From Candidatus Kerfeldbacteria bacterium (GTDB taxonomy: Bacteria; Patescibacteriota; Patescibacteriia; UBA9570; XYC2-FULL-38-9): 64,000 nt of DNA. Shown in pieces: positions 29,543-39,042 of the stretch (within the stretch, counting starts at the first letter, position 1; each line of letters begins with the position of its first letter). The stretch spans positions 265,034-329,033 of the forward strand of contig JBDRKW010000020.1 in assembly GCA_043813585.1 (NCBI GenBank), in the 5' to 3' direction. Made by a program: the position numbers and the translations under genes. Below the pieces are notes generated by a model, which had not been told where the DNA came from, searched no databases, and saw only the letters and a program-made list of their open reading frames with translations.

Positions 29543-30694
29543 TCATGAAGAACGGATGGTATCGCGTATTTCTTTCATAAGCTGCATGTAAAACGTGATA
29601 TTATGCTCGGTCATGAGCCGGGCGGCGACCGGTTCATCCACTGTTAATAAATGGCGAAGATACCGGCGAGTCAGCGTACCGGCGCACAGCGTGCACGGAC
29701 AGAAACCGTCAACCGAAGTGTCTGAATCCTTATGCGTTTCTGCATTCATATTTACCTTGTGATAACTGACCTCTTGCAGCGAATCATCAACAAGCCGACC
29801 ATTGCCTTTTGGATCGCGAATGAACACGGTTCCATGGCGGGCATTGCGGGTCGGAATGACGCAATCAAACATATCGATTCCACGCTTCACTGCTTCAAGA
29901 ATCTGTTCCGGCGGCCCGACGCCCATAAGATAATGCGGTTTGTTCTCCGGCAATAACGAAACGGTAACGTCCAGCACCTTATACATCTCTTCCGGCGGTT
30001 CACCAACGGCCAGTCCGCCTACTGCAAATCCGTCAAACGGCATCGCGGTCAACTCTGCAGCGCTCTGCCTGCGCAGGTCATCGAATGTTGAACCCTGGAC
30101 AATGCCAAAGAGCATGTTCCTTTTCCGTTCCTGCTTCCCAGCATCATAGCCTTTTTTCCAGTCAACGCATCGCGCCGCCCATGCGCTGGTAAGTTCCACA
30201 GACCGTTGGGCATCCTTTCGTTTGGCTGGATGTCCGGGAAAATAATCAAACGCCATCCAGATATCTGCGCTAATGACCGACTGCACCTCCATTGAATGTT
30301 CGGGCGTGAACATATGCTTACTACCATCCAGATGTGAACTGAACTCCACACCGTTATCCGTCAACTTACGCAGATGGGCCAGTGAAAAAATCTGAAAGCC
30401 GCCCGAATCAGTAAGAATCGGATTATTCCACCCGGCAAAATGATGCAGGCCGCCGGCGTTGCGCAATACGTCCAGTCCGGGCTTCAAGTACAGGTGGTAG
30501 GTATTTGAAAGCATTACGGGTGTTGTTGAAGGATCAACCCGCTGCTGAAACACATCCAATTCACCGGGCGTCAGCGTCTTTACCGTACCTTTTGTAGCAA
30601 TAGGAAGAAAAAAGGGAGTCTGGACTCCCCCATGAGCCGTTTCAAGAAGGCCCAACCTCGCGCCTGACGCGTGTGTTTTTATTAATTCAAACAT
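29543..30694 (-). CDS. tgt: Queuine tRNA-ribosyltransferase (tRNA-guanine transglycosylase)
   Basis: Contains LFGIVQGS and LMGVGPPEQILEAVKRGIDMFDCVIPTRNARHG, and the zinc site CPCTLCAGTLTRRYLRHL. Confidence 0.9.
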   Translation of the reverse strand: MFELIKTHASGARLGLLETAHGGVQTPFFLPIATKGTVKTLTPGELDVFQQRVDPSTTPVMLSNTYHLYLKPGLDVLRNAGGLHHFAGWNNPILTDSGGFQIFSLAHLRKLTDNGVEFSSHLDGSKHMFTPEHSMEVQSVISADIWMAFDYFPGHPAKRKDAQRSVELTSAWAARCVDWKKGYDAGKQERKRNMLFGIVQGSTFDDLRRQSAAELTAMPFDGFAVGGLAVGEPPEEMYKVLDVTVSLLPENKPHYLMGVGPPEQILEAVKRGIDMFDCVIPTRNARHGTVFIRDPKGNGRLVDDSLQEVSYHKVNMNAETHKDSDTSVDGFCPCTLCAGTLTRRYLRHLLTVDEPVAARLMTEHNITFYMQLMKEIRDTIRSS

Positions 30695-30697
30695 CCT

Positions 30698-32617
30698 TTA
30701 CAATTTACCCTCGACGACTCCTTTATTCTTCGCACCCTCATCATTAGGTAGGTCTGTCGTAATGCGCTCGAGTTGCATTGATATCTCTTCGCCGGTTACC
30801 GTGTCTGTTGCGCTTACCACTGTTTCGCCTGTCAGCACCAACAAACGGTCCAGGTCGTCGTTGGTCGGCGCCACGCTGATTGTAAACTCCACGGAAGTTT
30901 CTGTATTTGCCTGGATCGTCTCTTTGGTATACGTAACCTTGCGCGTCTTTGAATCATATTCAATATCATCGCTCGCATCTTTTTTCCAGATCACATCTTT
31001 TGGCAGCGTCGTTGTTATTTTTGCGTTCTGAACTGTGTTGGCTCCGCCCACAATACTCCACCAAACGATATATGTCGTTTCATAATTCACCACAGGCGGC
31101 AACGGTCCATCACCGATCTTTTTTAAATTCTCATCAAAATATCGGCCTTCGGCAGTAACTGAAAATCCTCCGCGCACCTTAAGCACGGCCGTTTCTATAT
31201 TCGGGAACGTCACTTCATTTCCTTCTACAACAGCCGAACCGATCTGGAGCGTGATCTCCTGGCTGCCGATTGAACCGTCAATCGCGCCCGCAAGCGTAAT
31301 CGTCGTTTCGCGCTCTTTCGATTCAAACGGCTTTAGTGACTTAATTACCTCAAACGAATACTGCTCGGCCATAAACAGATCTCCGTCAAATAACAGCTCT
31401 GGCGTCACATCCTCAATTTCGGCGTCTGATGTATTCTTTATCGTCGCTGAAATCGTCACCTCATCTCCCGGATTAACAAACTCAGGAATAACCAGCGTGA
31501 GCTCAACTTCAGGATTTACAACCACTACAAGCGACGTTTGTTCCATCTGCACGCTAAAGGTGTTATCAATCTCAATCAAACCGAGTTGAAAATGGAACTC
31601 TTTCGTATCGCCAGATGTACCGTCAAGAATGCCGATAATTTCAAGCGTTTGCGTTTCACCTGGATTCAGCACATCAACGCGCCATTCGTTGTCCGTGCCA
31701 AACGTATCGAGCGATGAGCTGGAATAGGTAAAGCCGTCAGGATAGTCCATGGCAATCTTAATGCCGTTCAACGGGAGCTTTGCCGTATTCGTGAATTCCA
31801 CACTATACGTCATCTCCTGGCCGGACTGCACCTGGCTCGGCGCATCTATGGACAACTCAACAATGGATGATGTTATCTTAACAGTTGTTGAATCATTTTC
31901 CTGAAAATCAGTTGAAAAATTCTTCGGCTGGTATGAAAGCAAAGCGGAGATCTCTTTCTCTTCGCCTTGAATGCCGACCATCTGCCCGGTTATCCGAATA
32001 GTCCCACCTGCTCCCGGCCGTACATCGCCAATGTAAAACATGCGATTGTTATCACTATTCGGTTCAGCTGATGCGCTTTGATAATAAAACCCTTCCGGGT
32101 AAAAAACCTCAACCTCCGCATCAATAATATCTACATTCCGGTGATTCTCGTACTTTACCTCTATTGAAACCAAATCGCCGCTTGCTACCATGTCATCTTC
32201 TACCGATACTGAAAATTCCACCTCACCAGTCATTGTCGGCGATCCAAAATCCTTGTCAAACACGCGGTACCCGATATACGCGGCAGCCGCCAGAACCAGT
32301 ATTGAAGCGGCAATAATGATGTACCATTTGCCCCTCCCCTGCTTTTGATCGAGTTTCGTTAAATCAACCGGGCCTTCACCGTCAATATCATAAATGGAAT
32401 TAATGTCGGCTGTCTCTTTCACGTCCGGAAGAGATGAAATGGACTTAAACTCAACCTTCTTCTTTGGCGATGCCTGTTTCTTTTTTGCGGTTTCCGCTTC
32501 TGCTTCAGTCGCCGGCGTCGTCGGTGCCTCTTTTTTCTTGGCAAACGAAGAAACGCGGGTAGGTGGTATTGTCCGCTTCTTATTTGGCACCTTTTTTCCT
32601 TTTTGAACCCTGGCCAT
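30698..32617 (-). CDS. Large single-pass membrane protein: a Lys-rich cytoplasmic N-terminus, one TM, and repeated beta-sandwich-like extracytoplasmic domains
   Basis: The TM is WYIIIAASILVLAAAAYIGY. After it the sequence is Thr/Ser/Val-rich with a repetitive pattern that looks like CARDB/DUF11-type domains. This is my own reading of the composition. Confidence 0.45.
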   Translation of the reverse strand: MARVQKGKKVPNKKRTIPPTRVSSFAKKKEAPTTPATEAEAETAKKKQASPKKKVEFKSISSLPDVKETADINSIYDIDGEGPVDLTKLDQKQGRGKWYIIIAASILVLAAAAYIGYRVFDKDFGSPTMTGEVEFSVSVEDDMVASGDLVSIEVKYENHRNVDIIDAEVEVFYPEGFYYQSASAEPNSDNNRMFYIGDVRPGAGGTIRITGQMVGIQGEEKEISALLSYQPKNFSTDFQENDSTTVKITSSIVELSIDAPSQVQSGQEMTYSVEFTNTAKLPLNGIKIAMDYPDGFTYSSSSLDTFGTDNEWRVDVLNPGETQTLEIIGILDGTSGDTKEFHFQLGLIEIDNTFSVQMEQTSLVVVVNPEVELTLVIPEFVNPGDEVTISATIKNTSDAEIEDVTPELLFDGDLFMAEQYSFEVIKSLKPFESKERETTITLAGAIDGSIGSQEITLQIGSAVVEGNEVTFPNIETAVLKVRGGFSVTAEGRYFDENLKKIGDGPLPPVVNYETTYIVWWSIVGGANTVQNAKITTTLPKDVIWKKDASDDIEYDSKTRKVTYTKETIQANTETSVEFTISVAPTNDDLDRLLVLTGETVVSATDTVTGEEISMQLERITTDLPNDEGAKNKGVVEGKL

Positions 32618-32619
32618 AA

Positions 32620-33399
32620 CTACGCCTTCTTATTCTTGGGTGAATATCGATACAAATAATACCATAAACCAAGGCCGATAACAACCATTCCTATTGCCGC
32701 ATATTGAGGCATGGTGAGCCCGGCATAGCGGGTATCTACAGCTTCCAGGTCTGTCGCCCTGAAAAAATCCAGGATGAACCGCACGATGCCGTACCATACA
32801 AGGAAAAGCGCCGTATAAAAACCCGGTTTTCGATCTGCCTTTATCCTCCAAATTACCAAAAAAAGAATCATCAGCAGTAACCCGCTTAATGAAAGGTATA
32901 AACCGTGGTTGTGGCGCACAATGCCGTCGATATATTCCTGACCGAGAAAAAAAGAGGTTGGTGTTCCTGGATGATCGTATACAAAGAAGCAGCCGAGCCT
33001 GCCGATCCAAAGTCCAACCGGCAAACCAAATATAATTATGTCTGAATATGTTAAAAAATCCTTTTTCTTATGGCGCAAATAGAACCAACCGGCTGTAAAG
33101 GCGCCGATGAAGCCGCCAATAATTGACATGCCGCCCTCCCATACCTTGAAAACATCGATTAATGAATCTGCGTATGAGCTGAATTCGAGCGCAACATACA
33201 ACAAACGGCCTCCTATCATGCTGCCCAGGATACCCCAAAACGCGAGATCAATAATGTCTTCCCGGGGAACACCGCGTCGTTTCGCTTCTATTACAGACAA
33301 CACAATTGCCGCAACAACTCCCAAAGCAACCATAAGCCCCCATATGCGGATTGGGATCGGTCCTATATCAAATTGGATGATTCGAAAATATGGAATCAT
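32620..33399 (-). CDS. lgt: Prolipoprotein diacylglyceryl transferase Lgt
   Basis: Starts MIPYFRIIQFDIGPIPIRIWGLMVALG and contains GGRLLY and GRLGCFF, the Lgt signature region. Confidence 0.85.
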   Translation of the reverse strand: MIPYFRIIQFDIGPIPIRIWGLMVALGVVAAIVLSVIEAKRRGVPREDIIDLAFWGILGSMIGGRLLYVALEFSSYADSLIDVFKVWEGGMSIIGGFIGAFTAGWFYLRHKKKDFLTYSDIIIFGLPVGLWIGRLGCFFVYDHPGTPTSFFLGQEYIDGIVRHNHGLYLSLSGLLLMILFLVIWRIKADRKPGFYTALFLVWYGIVRFILDFFRATDLEAVDTRYAGLTMPQYAAIGMVVIGLGLWYYLYRYSPKNKKA

Positions 33400-34586
33400 T
33401 GGGAGATGATTATCGGCGGCCTCCCGTTTCCATTTGACTCTTTGTTAGTATTTTCTTCAATTAAATCCTGGCTTGCATTATTATCTTCCTCGATGGGCTG
33501 AACAGACTCTGTTTCCACAGGAACTTCTTCTGCATCCCCGTCTTGTTGTTCAGTATCATCGACTTGCGTCGCCTCCTCAACATCAGGAAGGCCGATTGCT
33601 CTCTCGCGAAGCAATGTTTCTATCCATGCCACAACAGCACTATATCCCTGCTCAAATCCATCCGCGGCAGGATCAGAAAGAAAATCATGCTCGCCGTTCT
33701 CAATGTCCAGCATTAATACTGTCAGTGCTGTTTGCACGTGCATTACCGTCAAACGCTCGCTTTGAATAGCCGGCACAAGAGCATCCTTTGAATTATGGAG
33801 TACCAGCATCGGCACTGTCTCGTCATATTCATCAGTCACTGCCAGACTGCGTAAACACTGTTCTTCCTGCAAAGCTGTAGTACACCCCGTCTGCTGAAGG
33901 AATGTTTGTGCCGTTACCTGATTCGTGTTGTTAAGATGCTTGAACTGGTCAGCCGGATCAATATATGGATACGCGATGATAATCCCGTCAACCTGGACGT
34001 CGCGCGTCGCCAGCAAAGAAAGATACGCGCCATACCCCAGCCCCAGTACGATGACCGGCTCGTCCTTAACATGGACAAAGTCGGACATCTCATCAACAGC
34101 TGATATAACATCTGTCAGGTCGTCCTCCGCAAAATCGCTGTCGCGCCAGTCAACCGTAAAGGTCAAAGCGTTAAACTGTTCCATCAGCCGCTCTCCTAAT
34201 ACGTCATGCACGCGGTCTGTTGCCCTGCTTGAAGCCGGAGCATCATGTATAATGATAATCGCCGGAAATGGCCCATCGCCTTCCGGTTTGGACAACCGGG
34301 CGCGCACTGTTTCACCGTCACGGGCAATATAGCCTGCCTCGTATCCATGGAGAGCTTCAATGCCCAGTTTCGGTTCAAAGAGCGATTCAATCTCCTCAGT
34401 ATCCGGAATCGCCTGATCCAGTATTTCATCCAAAGAAGGAACATCTGCTGACCGCTGCTGCAAAAAAGCCTGCCCTTTGTCGGAAAGCTGCAAATATTTC
34501 AAAATAACAACCGCTACAATCATGATCACGATGACGGCAGCCGTTAACGGCTTGATAATTTCCTGTGTGAGTTTCCTCCGGGGCAT
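33396..34586 (-). CDS. Membrane-anchored alpha/beta-hydrolase-fold protein whose nucleophile motif reads GYG instead of GxSxG (a possible pseudo-enzyme), with an acidic C-terminal tail
   Basis: Has an N-terminal TM helix. PFPAIIIIHDAPAS and VIVLGLGYGAYLSL occupy the nucleophile-elbow position, but no Ser or Cys is present there. Confidence 0.45.
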   Translation of the reverse strand: MPRRKLTQEIIKPLTAAVIVIMIVAVVILKYLQLSDKGQAFLQQRSADVPSLDEILDQAIPDTEEIESLFEPKLGIEALHGYEAGYIARDGETVRARLSKPEGDGPFPAIIIIHDAPASSRATDRVHDVLGERLMEQFNALTFTVDWRDSDFAEDDLTDVISAVDEMSDFVHVKDEPVIVLGLGYGAYLSLLATRDVQVDGIIIAYPYIDPADQFKHLNNTNQVTAQTFLQQTGCTTALQEEQCLRSLAVTDEYDETVPMLVLHNSKDALVPAIQSERLTVMHVQTALTVLMLDIENGEHDFLSDPAADGFEQGYSAVVAWIETLLRERAIGLPDVEEATQVDDTEQQDGDAEEVPVETESVQPIEEDNNASQDLIEENTNKESNGNGRPPIIISQ

Positions 34587-34607
34587 ACAAGATTAGTATA
34601 AAAGCGA

Positions 34608-34985
34608 TTAATGACTCCCTTTCTTCGGCAGCTCAATCTTGTGGATCTCGTAGATGAGGAAATAACTGATGACTGTCCTGATAACCACCAGGGCGAACAG
34701 CTGGCCTATCTCCGTCCACGACGGCAGGAACATTGTTTCCAAAACATCCTTAGCAATAAAAAATTCAAGGCCAAAATTGATATACTGCCCGAATTCAAAG
34801 CGGATAGGGTCCAGGCGCGCTTTGGCAATGTTCACATCGGGATGATGTTTCTGGAACAACCCTTGGACAAAGCGGCCCGTGGCAATAAGCGTTCCAAGAA
34901 TGATCATAATGGCGCCCAAGACACCGGCAGCAATAGCTGCAATATCCGCAACAGATGATATAAGTCCCAACGATTCTACTTCCAT
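34608..34985 (-). CDS. DUF1622-family small integral membrane protein
   Basis: Is 125 aa with 3-4 TM segments, arranged like DUF1622. Confidence 0.5.
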   Translation of the reverse strand: MEVESLGLISSVADIAAIAAGVLGAIMIILGTLIATGRFVQGLFQKHHPDVNIAKARLDPIRFEFGQYINFGLEFFIAKDVLETMFLPSWTEIGQLFALVVIRTVISYFLIYEIHKIELPKKGSH

Positions 34986-35006
34986 ACGCTATCGCTTAGT
35001 TAATAT

Positions 35007-36002
35007 TTAAGATTTTGCTTTTTTGCGCTTCATGACGCGAAGTACTGCATTAATAACTGCATCCGGACCAAGACCGAATTGCTCCCATAACTCCGCTTTT
35101 GAACCGGATTCGCCAAACTTGTCATCAATGCCCAGCATCTCAACCGGTGCCGGCAATTCTCTCGCCAACAGCTCCGAAACAGCACTCCCCATGCCGCCGG
35201 CCAGCTGGTGCTCTTCAACAGTCACAACGCGGCCGGTCTTTCTTACAGATTTCAAAATAGTCGCCGCGTCCAGCGGTTTTACAGTGTGGCAGTTAATCAC
35301 CTCAACCGAGGCCTTCCGTCCCAGCGTTTTCGCTGCAACTAAAGCATCGTGCACCGGCAACCCGCATGCAATCACGGTGACGTCCTTGCCGCTCCAATAC
35401 ACATCTGCCTTGCCTATTGCAAAAGGCGTCCGGGCTGAAGTGAATTCCGGTGTTTTTTCCCGGGACAGTCGAAGGTATCCCGGAACAGGGCTCTTTGCCA
35501 TCGCCAGCGTGGCATTTTTTGCCTGCTCTGCATCTGCCGGAACAATGATTTCCATATTCGGAATCGCGCGCAAAATGGCAATATCTTCAAGCGCCTGATG
35601 CGTTGCTCCGTCCGGCCCGGTAGAAATTCCGGCGTGTGAACCGATGATCTTCACATTCTGGTCGTTATAGCAAATGGTCGTGCGAATCTGTTCCCAGTTC
35701 CGTCCGGGTGAAAACATCGCAAATGATGCGGCAAACGGAATCTTACCTTCTGCCGCCATTCCGGATGCCACGGCCGCCATGTTCTGCTCCGCAACGCCGA
35801 CCTGGAAGAAACGCTCAGGAAACGCTTCTGCAAACGGCTTCACGCGCGTTGAACCGCACAGGTCCGCGCACAATGCGACAATATTCTTATTCTTCTTGCC
35901 CGCTGCAAGCAACCCTTCGCCAAAACCATTGCGCGTCGGCGCTATCGAAGCCTTTTCGCTGAAAAGGTTCTTTTTTAGAAATGCATTCTTGTTAATCGCC
36001 AT
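35007..36002 (-). CDS. Transketolase, C-terminal subunit (pyrimidine-binding plus C-terminal domains of a split enzyme)
   Basis: Contains FPERFFQVGVAEQNMAAVASGMAAEGKIPFAASFAMF. It directly follows the N-terminal subunit gene. Confidence 0.9.
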   Translation of the reverse strand: MAINKNAFLKKNLFSEKASIAPTRNGFGEGLLAAGKKNKNIVALCADLCGSTRVKPFAEAFPERFFQVGVAEQNMAAVASGMAAEGKIPFAASFAMFSPGRNWEQIRTTICYNDQNVKIIGSHAGISTGPDGATHQALEDIAILRAIPNMEIIVPADAEQAKNATLAMAKSPVPGYLRLSREKTPEFTSARTPFAIGKADVYWSGKDVTVIACGLPVHDALVAAKTLGRKASVEVINCHTVKPLDAATILKSVRKTGRVVTVEEHQLAGGMGSAVSELLARELPAPVEMLGIDDKFGESGSKAELWEQFGLGPDAVINAVLRVMKRKKAKS

Positions 36003-36009
36003 AGGTCAG

Positions 36010-36879
36010 CTAGTAATCGTATGTATCATCAGTGATTTTATTGCGCACGTCCTCGAGCTCGGCCAGCGCTTTCTCCAGCTCGTCATCATCCGGCGCTTTT
36101 CCGTGCCATTTGAAATCATCTTCCATAAAACTAACGCCTTTGCCCGGCACGGTAATGGCGACAATAAGCGTTGGTTTCTTCTTGTAGTATTTTGCTCGAT
36201 TGATAGCGTCAATAATCTGTTCGATGTTATGCCCGTCGACTTCCAAAACATTCCAGTTAAACGCTTCATATTTTTCACGCACCGGATCGAGTGGCATCAC
36301 GTCTTCCGTGTTACCGTCAATCTGGATATAGTTCCGGTCCATAATCTGAATAATGTTGTCCAACTTGTATTTTGCGGCAAACATCACAGACTCCCACATG
36401 TTTCCTTCCTCATGTTCGCCGTCCGATGTCAGCGTAAAAATATGATGGTCTTTCTTATTCAGCCTGGCTGCCGCTGCCATGCCGCATGCCTGCGCCAGGC
36501 CGCACCCGAGCGGCCCACTTGATGTTTCCAGCCCCGGAATGGCCGAACGATGAGGATGGCCCTGCAAACGGCTTCCCAGTTTGCGCAGCGTCAGCAACTC
36601 ATCAACAGGCAGGTATCCAGCATGTGCCATAGCCGCATACATCACGGGACAAATATGCCCGTTCGACAGCACAAGCCGGTCGCGGTCCGGCCAATTGGGC
36701 TTTTTCGGATCGTGCATCATGGAATGAAAATAGAGCACGGTAAATACATCTGCCATGCCGAGGGATCCCGCTGGATGGCCGGACTTTGCAGCATTCAACG
36801 CTCGCAACAAATCCTGCCGAACCGCATTGGCGATTAACGCAAGCTCTTTTGTTTCAGTTATCGGTGAAAATACTGCCAT
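36010..36879 (-). CDS. Transketolase, N-terminal (thiamine-pyrophosphate-binding) subunit
   Basis: Contains SGHPAGSLGMADVFTVLYF, DRDRLVLSNGH and GPLGCGLAQACGMA. Confidence 0.9.
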   Translation of the reverse strand: MAVFSPITETKELALIANAVRQDLLRALNAAKSGHPAGSLGMADVFTVLYFHSMMHDPKKPNWPDRDRLVLSNGHICPVMYAAMAHAGYLPVDELLTLRKLGSRLQGHPHRSAIPGLETSSGPLGCGLAQACGMAAAARLNKKDHHIFTLTSDGEHEEGNMWESVMFAAKYKLDNIIQIMDRNYIQIDGNTEDVMPLDPVREKYEAFNWNVLEVDGHNIEQIIDAINRAKYYKKKPTLIVAITVPGKGVSFMEDDFKWHGKAPDDDELEKALAELEDVRNKITDDTYDY

Positions 36880-36881
36880 TG

Positions 36882-37547
36882 TTATTGTTTCACTTTTTTC
36901 CAGTCGTTCGAAAATTTCTTCATGCCTGCGTCCGTGAGCTTGTGGTTGAACAACTCATGAAACACATCCGGCGGAACGGTTGCCGCATCAGCGCCGGCAA
37001 GAGCTGCGCGGCGGACATGCTCGGTTTTTCTGATGCTCGCGGCCAATACGGCTGTATCGAACCCGTACATATCGTACAGTAGGGATATTTCCTCCACCAG
37101 CTCCATGCCGTCCACGCCGCTGTCATCCAAACGGCCGACGAATGGTGAAACAAACGTTGCGCCTGCTTTTGCAGCAAGCAACGCCTGATTCGCATGAAAT
37201 ACCAGAGTGACATTCACTTTTGCGCCCTGTTTGCGTAATTTAGCGCATGCCTTGATGCCCTCTTCGGTCATCGGCACCTTGATGGTAATATTTTTATGAA
37301 TCTTCAACAGCGGTTGAGCTTCTTTGACCATATCATTCGCCTTCTCAGCCGTGACTTCGGCGCTGATCGGTCCATTCACAATCATTGCAATATCCTTCAC
37401 GACCTCTGAAAACTTCCTTCCGGATTTCAAAATTAATGACGGATTTGTCGTTACGCCGTCTACCATGCCGGTTTCTGCTGCTGCGCGGATCTCCTCCACG
37501 TCAGCACTATCTATAAATATTTTCATGCAGGGTTTATAAAATATCAC
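36882..37547 (-). CDS. Fructose-6-phosphate aldolase / type 3 transaldolase (Fsa/TalC family); the likely start is MKIFIDSAD at 37526
   Basis: Starts [14 protein letters not shown] and contains GVTTNPSLI, with the Schiff-base Lys in [11 protein letters not shown]. Confidence 0.85.
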   Translation of the reverse strand: MIFYKPCMKIFIDSADVEEIRAAAETGMVDGVTTNPSLILKSGRKFSEVVKDIAMIVNGPISAEVTAEKANDMVKEAQPLLKIHKNITIKVPMTEEGIKACAKLRKQGAKVNVTLVFHANQALLAAKAGATFVSPFVGRLDDSGVDGMELVEEISLLYDMYGFDTAVLAASIRKTEHVRRAALAGADAATVPPDVFHELFNHKLTDAGMKKFSNDWKKVKQ

Positions 37548-37621
37548 GGCTTATTATACCACTTTTTGCAAATGATAACAAAAACGCCCGTTGCGGGCGT
37601 TCACTTCTGAATATCACCACT

Positions 37622-38260
37622 TTAGTGGCTGCCTTTCAAACGATCAATTGCCTGCTGAGGATCTTTCGCATTCCAGATATAACTGGCGGTAGACAGCATA
37701 TCTGCGCCCGCTTCAATGATTTTCTTGCTGGTGGCATCGCTTACTCCGCCATCAACACCGACAAGCAGCTCCGACCGCTCTTTCTTCAACTCTTTGATCT
37801 TTTCAAGGACATCATACTGGAAAGACTGTCCGGAAAATCCCGGATTCACCCCCATGACCAGTACCATCTCGATATTATTAATAATATCGCGGAGATCAAA
37901 TGTCGACGTTTCAGGGTTAATTGCCACTCCGGCCTCAATACCGGCATCATGAATCTGCTTCACAATATGCTGCAGGTTGCCGGCAGCTTCATAATGGACA
38001 ATGATCCTCTTCACATTGGGCAGGAACCACCTCTGAATTGCCAAATCCGGCTTTTCAATCATTAAATGCAGCTCAAGGTTAATATCGAGCGTCTTGATCT
38101 TCTGTGTATCGTTAAATGTTACGTTCGGCACAAACACGCCGTCCATCACATCCAGCTGGATCATGGGGGCATACGGCTTAATGCGTTTTACCTTATCCTG
38201 AATACCCTCCCAGGTCTGTTCAAGGACGGCAGGTATGACTTCAATCTTGCCATTACTCAT
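37622..38260 (-). CDS. rpe: Ribulose-phosphate 3-epimerase
   Basis: Contains MIQLDVMDGVFVPN, LELHLMIEKPD and VLVMGVNPGFSGQSF. Confidence 0.9.
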   Translation of the reverse strand: MSNGKIEVIPAVLEQTWEGIQDKVKRIKPYAPMIQLDVMDGVFVPNVTFNDTQKIKTLDINLELHLMIEKPDLAIQRWFLPNVKRIIVHYEAAGNLQHIVKQIHDAGIEAGVAINPETSTFDLRDIINNIEMVLVMGVNPGFSGQSFQYDVLEKIKELKKERSELLVGVDGGVSDATSKKIIEAGADMLSTASYIWNAKDPQQAIDRLKGSH

Positions 38261-38727
38261 TTGTATTGCTGTTCTTCGTAATCAATTATTTTTCGGACGC
38301 GGCGCGCATGGCGGTCAATGCCGTCAAATTTCGCATCAAGGAATGCGTTTACAATACCGGGAACGTCTTTTTCTTCCAGCAACTTGCCGGCCAAGGCAAG
38401 AACGTTTGCATTATCGTGCTCCCGCGATTGCCGCGCCATATATTCGTTCATTGCCAGCGCAGCTCGGACACCCTTCACCTTGTTGGCCGCAATATCAACG
38501 CCAACGCCAGAACCGCAAATAACGATACCAACATCATCCTTGCCTTCCGCGGCTGCAGCGCGTACCGCTTCGGCCACCGGGAATGCAAAATCAGGAAAAT
38601 CAGCATCTTCGACAGTGCCGTCTGTACCAAAATCCTCATACTCGACGCTCCGTTCGTCCAGCAGCGCTTTTATTTGTTCCTTTATCGCTACCCCGTGGTT
38701 ATCTGAACCTAGATAAATGGTCATCAA
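38257..38727 (-). CDS. rpiB: Ribose-5-phosphate isomerase B
   Basis: Contains IYLGSDNHG and GIVICGSGVGVDIAANKVKGVRAAL. There is a 4-bp overlap with rpe. Confidence 0.9.
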   Translation of the reverse strand: MMTIYLGSDNHGVAIKEQIKALLDERSVEYEDFGTDGTVEDADFPDFAFPVAEAVRAAAAEGKDDVGIVICGSGVGVDIAANKVKGVRAALAMNEYMARQSREHDNANVLALAGKLLEEKDVPGIVNAFLDAKFDGIDRHARRVRKIIDYEEQQYK

Positions 38728-38730
38728 TCC

Positions 38731-39042
38731 TTATCCTTTAATGCCAAGAAGTTCCTCAAGTTTGTCGCGGTCAAACCCAATGACCACCTCTTCCTTTTTT
38801 GAAGCAGCCATGTCGCCCGGGATGACTATGACCGGCACGCCCATTTGCCCTGATTTTTCAATCATCTCTTGGGCGCGATCCTGGTCTGCCGCAACATCGA
38901 CATCTTCGTATTCCACTTTGTTCTCCTTAAAATAGTCCTTTGCCATCTTGCAATACGGACATGTTGGAGTTGAATAAATTGTTACCGCCATAACGATTAA
39001 TTTAATTATTGCGTTCTTCAAGATACGTAATGATTTCCTCAA
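38731..39042 (-). CDS. Glutaredoxin/NrdH-like small thiol oxidoreductase; the probable start is the Met at 38991
   Basis: VTIYSTPTCPYCKMAKDYF carries the CPYC active site, and GVPVIVI carries the cis-Pro motif. Confidence 0.75.
   Translation of the reverse strand: MRKSLRILKNAIIKLIVMAVTIYSTPTCPYCKMAKDYFKENKVEYEDVDVAADQDRAQEMIEKSGQMGVPVIVIPGDMAASKKEEVVIGFDRDKLEELLGIKG

Noticed and set aside
35674-36522. Long plus-strand ORFs inside minus-strand genes. Examples are 35674..36522, 13244..13990, 49548..50480, 51304..52233, 16686..17288 and 20337..20990.
   Set aside because: All lie antisense to well-supported genes (transketolase, secA, nrdJ, murB, ftsW). Their translations are low-complexity and Arg/Ser/Pro-rich, and they have no promoter. 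They are shadow ORFs.
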